NCBI RefSeq assembly: GCF_001194135.2
Contig: NC_068982.1
Coordinates: 177,284,878 to 177,348,677 of the forward strand
DNA: 63,800 nt
Origin: Octopus bimaculoides
Lineage: Eukaryota
Direction: 5' to 3'
Part shown: in pieces, positions 12,726 to 24,073 of the stretch
Position numbering within the stretch: position 1 is the first letter of the stretch
Layout: every line of letters starts with the position of its first letter
Program-made: the position numbers and the translations under genes
The notes under the pieces: generated by a model
Told to the model about the DNA's origin: nothing
The model's database searches: none
Seen by the model: only the letters and a program-made list of their open reading frames with translations

Positions 12726-13333
12726 TTATGAAGACTAAAAGAAAAAGGTGTGGTCTGCTATATTTAGTAAAACCTTTAAAAGCTCTTATAGCTTTCTATT
12801 CAATATCTTTTAGGATCGACACAACGGTAGATAATGCACAATACATTAGTATTTCAGGTTATTTTGAATTCTTCTTTATATACAGAACTTTGCCCGACTT
12901 TTTCTTTTCATTCTTCAATTTTTCTTCCGATATTATTGCTTAATGCTTAACTTCTTTTTCCTAAAGCTCTGTCCAGAATATAAATTATTCTAAATATCTT
13001 TTTACATATTTTCAATTCCTGAGATATTACTTTGAAGATGGAATAGCAAACTACATATAGCGTGATGTCTTGTGATTCTTGAGTTTCCAATACGTATATA
13101 TAATTTTTTTTTTCTTTAGATTTATGTCTGTTAAAAAGTGGCGTCTAAATATAAAAACTTCTTAAAATTATAAAGAATAAAAAAAGTAGAAACGGAGATG
13201 CATAGAATGAGATAAAACAGAAATTCTCAAAATAATTTATAAGCAATTGTTTATTTTCTTATCATGAGCGTTATTTCGCCAAAAGCATGTATGCACACAC
13301 ATATATATGTGTGTGTATATATGTATGTATGTA

Positions 13334-13391
<58 letters not shown>

Positions 13392-14065
13392 NNNNNNNNN
13401 NTTTTATATAGTGTGTCTTGTGTATTTGTGTGTGTGTGTGTGTGTATGTGTGTGTAATCGTTTTCATCTTGTGATTTGTTTTTATTTATATTTGTATTTT
13501 TTTCTATCTTTGTCTCACTTTTGATTTTTATTTACGGTGCATCAGCATGGCCGCAGCTCTGAGCTGAAACTTTGAAAAGAAAAAAACCCAGACGAATACG
13601 ATTCGCAAACAATTTAATATTAAATTTACATGAAGATAAACTAAGTACCTGAGTAAACAAAGTAAGATAAACAAAACATTAATGCTAAATGTACCGTTAA
13701 TCTTAATGCAAATGTCCAATTTTATATAGAAACGAATTTGCTATTACTGTAAGACGAATACGGATCTCTTACATTTTTGTTTTGTGTTTACGAAAGTTAT
13801 TAAGAAATAACAATTTTTTTCTATAACATTGCTCATCAAGCAAAATGAAGCAAGATTATGTAATGCATACATCTTCAGTGAGTGGCTTGCAAATCTTGCA
13901 TGACAATCCAGATCAAGTTTTAAAATAGCTGTCGAAATCTGCTGATTCAATTCACATCATGAATGGAATGCAACTTTCTGATATTAACATTGAATTACTA
14001 TTTGCGCAAAGATAAAACAAATCCGTATTACCGATCAGATTCCAGTTATTTTTGCCAAAACACAA

Positions 14066-14470
14066 CGAGTGGCTATGTGGTAAGAAGCTTGCTTCCCAAC
14101 CAAATGTTTTCGGGTTCAGTCCCACTGCGTAGAACCCTCGGAAAGTGTCTTCTACTATAGCCAGGAACCAACCAAACCTTGTAAGTGGATTTGGTAGACG
14201 AAAACTGAAAGAAGCCAGTCATATATATGTATCTATGAATGTGTCTCTGTGTCTGTGTTACCCCCTCCGACCCCAGCTTGACAACCGGTGTTTGTTGTTT
14301 ACCTACCGATAACTTAACGGTTCGGCAAAAGAGCCGGTATAATAAGTACCAGACTTTAAAGAAAATATGTACGAAGGTCGATACATTCGACTAAAAATTC
14401 AAGGCAGTACCCCAGCGCGGCCGCAGTGTAATGACTGAAACAAGTAAAAGATAAAAGATAAAAAGATAAA
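14066..14470 (+). mobile_element. tRNA-derived SINE, family B (about 400 bp, internal microsatellite)
   Basis: A-box-like TGGCTATGTGG, B-box-like GGTTCAGTCCC and 3' end GACTGAAACAAGTAAAAGATAAAAG. At least 6 copies in the window. Confidence 0.9.
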
Positions 14471-15044
14471 TGCTTGTAGTTTCTAATTACGTCAGATATT
14501 ATTAGCGAGGACCAAAATTTCATTGAAATATTTAAGCTTAATTCTAATGCAAAAGGCCTTGTGATCCAACCCCTTAGCTATACGAGGATGATAGTTATTC
14601 TTCTGCTGTGCTGATTGTTAAATAGTGTCTCATGTAAACATAAAAAAGCTTATCACTTCCATCCGAAACTATTACACAAATATAATATACTTCATCAGAA
14701 TTATTAAAAATTACTTAGAATCTAAGAGAAACTAACACCACAAGGAGTTTGTTCGATTCTGTAATGATTCTGACAGTTGGCCGCAAAATTATACAACTCT
14801 AGTCCACGAAATTGCAATGCTACATTAGTCTATTATAGCCAAAGAACTGGCCTCTACATAGTCGATAGACGTTTAAAAGTAAGTAGTGAATATTCCCTCC
14901 AACCACAACCCATCATCTCAGAAAAGGAGGTAACCTCCAGACAATCTAAGTGTAGATACACTATATTTGAAGGAAACAACAAAATTATCATGGTTTTATG
15001 TGTTTGATCATTAATCTGCTGTTTGGCCTGGCATTGTTGTAAAT

Positions 15045-15350
15045 ATACTACACTATATTATATTGTACACTATTAGAATATTACAAACTATTACATATCC
15101 ACTTATGCCATTACACCACAATTCGTCATTACACTGTCATAGTATAACGTTGTGCTGTATTGCACTTCTACACTGTTGCTCTGCAGTATTAAATTATATT
15201 ACACTACCTCCTTATTACACTACTGTATTCCAGTAAACTATCCTATCACAGCATGGCACAGTATTTTATTGCACAATTACACTATTGCACTTCATAACTC
15301 TATGATACTAGACTGTATTACATGACAGTAAAACTGGACTAAATGACACT
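15045..15350. repeat. Old degenerate pentamer-periodic repeat (ATTAC/ACTAC/TACAC-like)
   Basis: TACAC, ATTAC and TTGCAC motifs recur at roughly 5-bp periodicity. Confidence 0.6.
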
Positions 15351-15823
15351 AAATGAAAAAAATGACTCTCTCAAGGGTGTCACAACTCAATTTCTAATAT
15401 GCATTTATTAAAATCAAACAAAAAATTACCACTACTACAAAATTGTAAGCATGAAAGCAACCGCCATAATCCTCTATCGATACAACCAGCATAAAGAACA
15501 GTAAGAACAGCAGCAACACAGATACATGTAACATTGCACATGTAAACATACACATAGAGTATACAAGTAAAATGTCAGATAATCTCTCCAGAACTTTGGC
15601 AACTGTCGCTACCACAAGAATTTCGTTTGATAACTGAATTTACCTTTCAAAAAATTCCTTGCATCTCTTTTATATTTTCACACCGTTCTTAACATTTTCA
15701 TTAACGCCTATTTTCTCCTTTGTACTTTACTTATCCAATTTCATTTCGTGTTGCTCTCCAGAATTATATTTGCTATTTTTATTTATATATTTTTTCCCTT
15801 TAATATTCTTTATTTTTGTTTAT

Positions 15824-15915
15824 TATTATTACTATTATTATTATTATCATTATTATTATTATTATTATCATCATCATCATTATCATCAACATCATCATCA
15901 TTATCATCGTCACTG
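15824..15915. repeat. (TTA)n/(CAT)n microsatellite
   Basis: Direct reading of the sequence. Confidence 0.95.
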
Positions 15916-16563
15916 TCATCATTTCTAGTATTACCATTATTATTTGCTTCTACGTTATGTTTTGTTTTTACTAAGTTATTGGGAATTCTAACTTAATTTG
16001 TAAACTTTAGTCTTTAACACGTTCTAGAAAATGTTTGACAGATGAATGACGAAGTGTAGATACTTTTATCTCGTCTAAATAAAGTTTACTGATCTACCTC
16101 TGGATTTCTCTCAGTGTATATATATATATTAGTACATTGAAAGTTCAAGTCCACATTCATATGGTTTCTGATAAATACACAACTACAGAGTCTATTAACA
16201 TTTTCATATTGAGCCGGTTACTGATGTTAACAGCTTATCAAAACTTTCTATAACTAGAAATGACATAAATGCATATGCGAATATATACATGCGTGCGTGT
16301 ATGCGTATATAAAACAATTTAAGTCAGCTCTACATGAATTACAGTTTCATGGGCACATTGTAGGCGCCCATCTCAGACGCAAAGAGCAACTCCCACCCAA
16401 TTCGTTGAGTGCTACATTTTATCATTTTTTCAATCCCTCGTATATATATATATAAACTATATATTTTATATATATTTTATCTATAAAGCTCAATTTAATT
16501 TTAATTTTTTATAAATTGATTTTAATTGAGTTTTTACCTGTAATTTTGAATTTTGTCCTTAAT

Positions 16564-16595
<32 letters not shown>

Positions 16596-16717
16596 TATAC
16601 ATATATGTATTGAAGGAAGGGGAAAACAAAACCAGGATAGGACAAGCTTATCAGCTCATTTAAATTATTTTAATCATTATATTAGTGAATGGAAGTAAGT
16701 AAAAGTAAATAATAATA

Positions 16718-16804
16718 TCTTACAGCTGTTTTGGGGGATATCCCAGATTATGGATCAATGATTTAATCCGCATTTCCATATCCTGGGTATTCCGTCATCG
16801 GAGA
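16718..16804 (-). ncRNA. Degenerate minimal type I hammerhead-ribozyme-like motif with a long stem II
   Basis: Minus strand: UCU-CCGAUGA-C-[GGAAUACCCAG..UAUGGA..UCCAUA..CUGGGAUAUCC]-CCC-AAAA-CAGCUG-UA-AGA. Two core transitions (U4C, G12A). Confidence 0.5.
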
Positions 16805-16957
16805 AAAAACATATACATGCAGGAAATTTCAATGTGGAGATAGAAAATCTATTGTACAGAAAAGCATGAAGACCAAGGCTCATAGTTCGTCCTGTTCCGG
16901 GGGGTATGGGGGTTTATCCATATTTCCGTGAAGGTGTACCTCCTTACGCATAATCTC

Positions 16958-17073
16958 AGGTAAGTCCATAGTTCAGAAAGTGGGTTGAGCAATGCATCCA
17001 GTTGAAACAGCTAAGTCCCATTTTTTTAACTGGACGCATTACCCAACTCGTTTTCTAAACTATGGACTTACCT
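16958..17073. repeat. 116-bp imperfect inverted repeat (46-bp arms); MITE-like or RNA hairpin
   Basis: AGGTAAGTCCATAGTTCAGAAAGTGGGTTGAGCAATGCATCCAGTT pairs with AACTGGACGCATTACCCAACTCGTTTTCTAAACTATGGACTTACCT. Confidence 0.9.
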
Positions 17074-17109
17074 AGGAGTATGTGTCAGACATTATTATAG
17101 AATCTTTAT

Positions 17110-17300
17110 CACGCTTGACGAATTGCTTAACTGTATTTAATATGCCACTACGTTCTCAGTTCAAATTCTGCCGAGGTCTACTTTGCCTTTCATCCTTTCG
17201 GGATCGATAAATTAAGTACCAGTGAAACACTGAGGTCGATGTAACCGACTGGTTCCCTCCCACCAAATTTCAGGTATTGTGTCTTTAGTAGAAAGGATTA
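17110..17300 (+). mobile_element. tRNA-derived SINE, family A
   Basis: GTTCAAATTCTGCCGAGGTCTACTTTGCCTTTCATCCTTTCGGGATCGATAAATTAAGTACCAG. Confidence 0.9.
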
Positions 17301-17551
17301 TATACTTTTGCTTACTACGCTTCACCATTATAATGATTAAAATAATTTAAATAATCTGATAATCTTGTCCCATCCTGGTTCTGATTTCCTCTTCCTTTGA
17401 TTTATACGCGCTGACTCGGGAGCAGGCCGCGAAACCCCACCTCAGGCCTTCCTTGTCTACATGGAACCTAGCAGCTTATGACTTGGAGCACTTACACAGC
17501 GTGCCTATTAGTTTGGATCAACAGTGGCCTAAACCTTTTCCTATTCTGTAA

Positions 17552-17716
<165 letters not shown>

Positions 17717-18540
17717 GCATGCCCAGTATAGAGTTGAGAAAATTATAATTCAAATGGAGGCTCAATATATAACTATATAGAATGTATTCTTTATTGAGAT
17801 AGTGAAAGACCTTAAGGAGAGCTCATATATTTCACGAATGTAGTTGATATATCAGCCAGACTCAGATAATCAAGGAGCACGCCTTGAGGTCATGGGCAGG
17901 TTAGTATACCCTGGATAGTTTTAAATTTTATGCCCCACGTAATATTTTTGAGTATGTGTGCGTTCGAATGTGAGTTCAAGATTCATATTACAATGATGCG
18001 ATACTTTCCCGATGATTAAATTCGGGTACTGTTTCTTGAATAAATGCATGTTTGTACCACTAGAATTGAGGTCCTACCCTTCCATTGCTTATTCATTGAC
18101 GCTTAACAAAGACGAAAAAGTAAGATCGACAAATCATAACAGGCACCTTCCAACATTATTGCGAACCAGTCACACTGATTATGCATATATCATAGGCATG
18201 TACGCTAATATAAACGAACATAACAAGCATATTTGCTTCAAATTACATACATACACATAAACACACGCGTGCGCATACAGACACGTAAGCACAACACACA
18301 CATACACGAACGTACACACAGCAACGCACAATCAAATCCAGATCCCCATAAGAAACATATCCCAGCAAACTCTCATTCACACGTTCATACAGACGCCCAT
18401 ACGCAAACACACAAGCACAAAATCGAACGAATTAGCACCGAATAATAATATTGCCTGTGACGGCAATTCGATTCTTTTCAACAGTCTCTCGCTTACCTTG
18501 TTCTCTCTTTGTTTCTCTTCTATTCTCACTTCTTGCACGA

Positions 18541-18606
18541 CTACAGGCACGCTACAGGCACGCTACAGGCACGCTACAGGCACGCTACAGGCACGCTACA
18601 GGCAGG
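18541..18606. repeat. 11-bp minisatellite (CTACAGGCACG) x6
   Basis: Five perfect units plus one variant unit. Confidence 0.97.
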
Positions 18607-19521
18607 CTAGCACATGCGCGCGTAAATACTCGTGCGCATAAACAATGGACTGCATATACATTCGCTTGCATACACACTTCCGTAGACTCACATGTGTCTA
18701 CATACAACGACTAACTCGCAAACTCACGCTCACTAAAACACTCCCGCAGTTATATGTATGTATATATGTATGTGTATATATATATATATATATATATAAG
18801 TTATACATACGTGCATGTGTGTGCGTGTGGGCGCCTGCGTGCGTGCGTGCGTGTTTGCCATTGTAAGAGCACGTAAATGTGTATATATGAACGTATTTAG
18901 TGCTGAAAGTAAAATATTCACACAGTTTACAGCATATAGGTAAATTTAAATTCGAAAATGCACAAAATGTTTTTAGTTCATTAAAATCTCTATCACTAAA
19001 TGTCATACTGTAATTGGCAAAAGACATTCTACAACAAAAATAGTCAAAGACGTTTTATTACGCGAAAACCTTTGCAAACACTCAGCAAACCAGTCTAAAG
19101 GGTGAAAAGAATTTAAAGAAAAATATGGAACTATCAGCAGAAAAAGAAAATCAAAATCCTGAAAAATATAGTGGCAAGTACAAAGCTATATTCAAAGGCT
19201 ACAAGATATACTATCAATACATTTAACCTACTGAACTGCGGAGTATGATGTTGTTAATTGTAACTCCATTTCAAAAATATCCTTATTTTCTATATAAGAA
19301 TTATTTTTGTGTGTTGCAAGGCATATTTAGAATATATCCTAACATATAAATGCTGCCGAGAACCTTCTTTTGCCAAACTGGAATGACACGCTATAGAAGA
19401 GGGAACACTAAGACCGCAACAACTTCCAAAGCCATAGAAGTAAATAATCCTCCTGAAGAAACGTATAGATATGTATGAGGACTAATGCTGTCGAATGTTA
19501 CTGTTCATATATATATATATG

Positions 19522-20808
19522 TCAGGTCATCCCATAAACTCTGTTCGATTTTACCTTTTTAAAATTGAATGAAATTTAATAGTATTTTAGAATGTCTAAT
19601 AGAATTAAAAATTATTTTTATGCATTTGCATACATTTAAACTAATTAAATAATATTTTACAGAATAATAGAAATAACATTTCTTTGATTAAAACCCTTTC
19701 TAACATGGAAGTATCCAAAGTATATTGAAGGCACATAATGCTTTATGAATATTAAAAAGGAAGCTCTGCAGCCGAAACGACTCGAAACACACTCATTTTA
19801 TGGGAAATAATGCTTGAATGAAAGAACTTACAAAAGATGGTTTGCAAAATTCAGAGGTGGGGAGTTCAGCCTTGAAGATGAAGATCGAACAGGACGTCCA
19901 GTTGGGTTTGATGATAAGCTCCTTGAGGCATTACTTGAAGAAAATCCTGCATTATCAGTTGAATAATTAGCAATAAAGCTTAGTTCAAACCATACAACTG
20001 TTCATCGTCATCTTCAACAACTTGGAAAGGCTCCTAAACTTGGAAAATGGGTGCCTCATGAATTATCTGAAAGCAACCACAAATCCCGACTTCACATCTG
20101 CTCTTCTCTCCATTCTCGCGAAGTCATTTCACCATTTTTAAATAGACTTGTGACTGGTGACGAAAAATAGATCTTCTATCGAAATGTTAAACGTTGCAGA
20201 CAGTGGCTCGGTAAAAGGGAAAAAGCTCAACCGCAACTGAGAAGGGATCTTCATGGAAAAAAGGTTCTTCTCTCTATCTAGTGGGATTGCAAAGGAGTAA
20301 TTCACTTTGAATTGTTACCACCTAATGCAACAATCAATGCTCAAGTCTACCGTCAGCAATTAGAGCATTTGAACCAAACTTTGAAGGAAAAAAGACCGAC
20401 TTTAGTGAATCGAAAAGGAGTGATGTTTCATCAGGACAATGAGCGACTCCACACTGCAAAGATCATATCACAGAAGATCGAAGAGCTTGGTTGGGAAAAC
20501 ATTCCTCATCCACCTTATTCTCTCGACCTTGCTCCTTCAGACTACCATTTGTTTCATAGTTTACAGAATCATTTTGGGGGCATAACTTTTGCAAGGCAGG
20601 AGGAAGTCGAAACTGACATTTCAGAGGTCTTCACTTTGAAACCAAACGAGTTTTACATAGATGGGATTAAAAAAGCTTGTAAAACAGATGGAAGAAAGTC
20701 ATAGATAAGCAGGGAAAGTACATTAATGATTAAATATCAATTAAATATGACATTTGATCACTTGTTTTCTTTATTCAAAATTCGGACAGAACTTATGGGA
20801 TGACCTGA
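19522..20808 (+). mobile_element. Full-length (1287 bp) mariner (DD34D) element with TIRs
   Basis: Left TIR TCAGGTCATCCCATAAACTCTGTTCGATTTT; right TIR reverse complement TCAGGTCATCCCATAAGTTCTGTCCGAATTTT. TA on the right flank, TG on the left. Confidence 0.95.
19705..20733 (+). pseudogene. Mariner transposase pseudogene
   Basis: WVPHEL, VTGDEK, HQDN and HPPYSLDLAPSDYHLF motifs. Several stop codons and frameshifts. Confidence 0.95.
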
Positions 20809-21369
20809 TATATTAAAACATACATCCATACATAATACATATGTATTATACATACGTGTGTGTGTATGTGTGTGTATGTCTGTGTCTGTGTAAGTTATGT
20901 ATATGCTTTTATGAGCGGAAAATTTAATAAACTTTAGTTTAAGTACGCAGTGAATATAGTGCAAATATCTGCTAACCTCCATGCTTTTAGATTCACTTAT
21001 ATACATATAATATTTACATAATAATTGAAGATAAATTGGCCATAACCAAAGGCACGAAAATGATAGATTTTTTTGTCATCGTAACCTGTTTTAAAGACTG
21101 AGATGCTTAGATGGAGTTGAATAAAATTTTAAACTTATGTGTAATAGAATGTCAATCGACCAATGACAGAAGTAATATTTCTAGCCATGACTACACGTTA
21201 CTAACGTTCCTGATGAAGGTGTTTATTGAAGAGAATAATTTAACTATATATCTATGTCACTGTATCGAGTTATATAAAAATATATGTCATGGCATCGAGT
21301 TTTCGAATGAAATGCCATGCCATGATGCAATTTCGTTTTCCCAGACACCATTCACTTCCGTCATAATAC

Positions 21370-22050
21370 AGGTTCTTAGTTGAAATAATCTTTTCCTGGC
21401 TTCTGGACAAATTCGTATTAAAGATAGCAACTTATTCTTCATCTTGAATATAATTAAGAACAATTTTAGTAATTTCTGTTATTCATGCATTGACTATATT
21501 TTAGCTTCCTACATTCACATAGAAAATCTTTTTCAATGCGATTTCAAGAGCTGGGCAAGAGTTAATCCAGTTAATAAATCAAACTTGTACATTTGATCCA
21601 TCCAGAACTTCACTATCCAATTGTAAATGCACACATTTTTGCCTGCATTTGGAAAACAAAATGATCTAAAAAAAAAGTTACACATTTACGATTTGTTTAC
21701 ACATTTGTCGCTGATTCATCCAACAACGGTTGCCATTGCAGCTGAATAATTGAGGGATGACTCAAAACACCGAAGAGGTTTCTTCCATGTATGAAATCCT
21801 TCTGTTAAAATTCATGCATTTCCCCCTTCAATACTCCATAGAACAATACATGCAATCGTAGATTCAGTCGTAATGAATGAAATCCAAATGAATGAGCTAA
21901 AATGAATCGAAAGAATGCTTATGTTTCACAAATATTCCGCAGAGGAAAGTAAGATATACCGGTTGATTTAGTTGAATAACAGTAAGAGGCCGGAGAATAG
22001 ATTATTTTGCTAGTTGTTTTGATGGTGCGTCAAGGATGCCAAAATTACGA
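21370..22050 (-). mobile_element. Highly decayed hAT-like transposase (TTF-type zinc finger and following region)
   Basis: Minus-strand frames give FIHYD*IYDCMYC, GFHTWKK and RQ..DSEVLDGSN..P.L..L.K..Y..I..VL..IQD..AI, with many stop codons. Confidence 0.5.
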
Positions 22051-22606
22051 ACAGAAATATCATTATTATAAATCTCAGATTCTAGTTGCAATTATGCATT
22101 CGGATTTGTTTCAGTGGCCAATAGAGTGGAACCATTTCAATTGACTGGAAAACTTTAGTATGAAACTTGTTAAGACTGCTTTTTGAAAGAAAAGAAGACA
22201 TTTTGTTGGTGGTTATTTATAATTTTATATTAATCTAAGAAATGAAAAATGTTAACCATTTAGATGATTGATATTGCATATGAACACTTAAGCACCTTCT
22301 GCTTGAGTGGGATTAGAATAGACAACTACATGATAATCCGGTGTTTTTATTCGTATAACAGAGGCACACAGACAGTTATATTTTCTCTTCACCTCATTCT
22401 TGATAGGAACGATATGTTTAATGAATATTGCAGATATGTTGTGCAGAACCTTATGTAATTAAGATTTGTGAGAAGTCTAATTTCACAGCTTTATATCTAA
22501 ATCATACAAGTTACTCTCGAAAATATAATTTAGCATACTTATGATATAACCTGTATAATTTTGCTCATTATATACTATTATGTTATTGATTATATTACGC
22601 TGCCAT

Positions 22607-22826
22607 TATCTGTTCATTGCATGTGTTATTTTAAACGATGAAAGCATTTTTTCTGGGGGAGAGTTAATTGTTTAACTAAGACAGATAGTACTTCAGATTA
22701 AAAATAAAAATTGATAATTTATTAAAAAATATTACCAAATTATTAAAACGGCAGAATCAAACAAAACTATGGAAGTTTTGCATCGGCATAAAGTAATCTG
22801 TATTTAAATTAGTCGAAAGGCTGTAC
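22607..22826 (+). repeat. 220-bp direct repeat, copy 1
   Basis: 218/220 identical to 23644-23863 by my manual comparison. Confidence 0.95.
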
Positions 22827-23643
22827 TGTCTCTGGCAGTAATTCTTTTCATTCAAGGTTTCGTGAAGCCCAGTTTGGTCGTGTTTCTTTGTCCTTCAGTA
22901 CATCATCTGCGCGATGATGTTTCTTTTCTCGTTCATCTATTATACTTTGAGATAGTGGAACAAAAGCTCTATCCCAACATTCCAGCAGTGCTGATTGTTA
23001 CATATCTTGTATAAAATTAAAAATATATCGTATTTCACTACTCAGAATTGTAAAAAAAATGTTCGCACTCTTCCCATAAATAATTCTAGTTGCATAGAAA
23101 AGCATATTTATAATAAAGATAATACGTATGGGCAGGCATTGAAATGCGTGCAATGGTAATGAATAGCTGTATAAACATGTATATGCATGCATGTATACAC
23201 GCATGCACAAGCATAAACACACCCCGGCACATGCCGATATATCAATAACGAAAGACTTTATTTCCTTGGACATCTTTTAAGATCAGTTGATTTTCAAAGG
23301 GTAAGATTAACATGCATGACAAAATATAGGTTCATGTCACGTCGTGTTGTTTGAACCTAACAATAGGCTATGGCTTACTAAAACGTATCTTCGAAGGAAC
23401 AGATAAAATTTAGGGCAAAGAGGAGTTCCACTATGCTGGGATTTTTGGTGATGCTGGGGCTCAGTAAAGAGGGTACGTTACAGAAATATTAAAGAATTAA
23501 GTTCTCTTCATTTTTCAGACGTGAGAGTGTAGGTCCCTTTTACATACATGATTAACAGTTATTATTAAGCTACAGGAAAGAGGGAAGTGAACTTGAGAAT
23601 TGTAAGGCAAGATTAGCATACATGACTAAATATAGGACAGTAA

Positions 23644-23863
23644 TATCTGTTCATTGCATGTGTTATTTTAAACGATGAAAGCATTTTTTCTGGGGGAGAG
23701 TTAATTGTTTAACTAAGACAGATAGTACTTCAGATTAAAAATAAAAATTGATAATTTATAAAAAAATATTACCAAATTACTAAAACGGCAGAATCAAACA
23801 AAACTATGGAAGTTTTGCATCGGCATAAAGTAATCTGTATTTAAATTAGTCGAAAGGCTGTAC
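23644..23863 (+). repeat. 220-bp direct repeat, copy 2
   Basis: 218/220 identical to 22607-22826. Confidence 0.95.
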
Positions 23864-24073
23864 AAACCTATGTAAACGCTATAGCATATTTAAACTTTCC
23901 ACAAACAAGACATTTCTTTGAACCTTTAGCTATTACTCAACTATCGTTCTTTAATCTATACTGCTGTCGAAATCTAGTCACCAACATAAAATATTTTTAC
24001 GCAATACATCACCATTAACATTTATCAAAAAGTAAAGGCGGGTGAATACGTATATATGTTTGTTTTTATGTGT

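Noticed and set aside
14066-14135. tRNA gene calls for SINE heads
   Set aside because: A/B-box-like motifs continue into SINE bodies found in many diverged copies; no full cloverleaf is evident.
19445-19485. CTCCTGAAGAAACGTA, possibly a hammerhead with stem II deleted
   Set aside because: Too little remains to distinguish it from chance.
22607-23863. TRIM or LTR-pair interpretation of the 220-bp repeats
   Set aside because: No TG..CA termini, PBS, PPT or TSD; kept only as an unexplained duplication.
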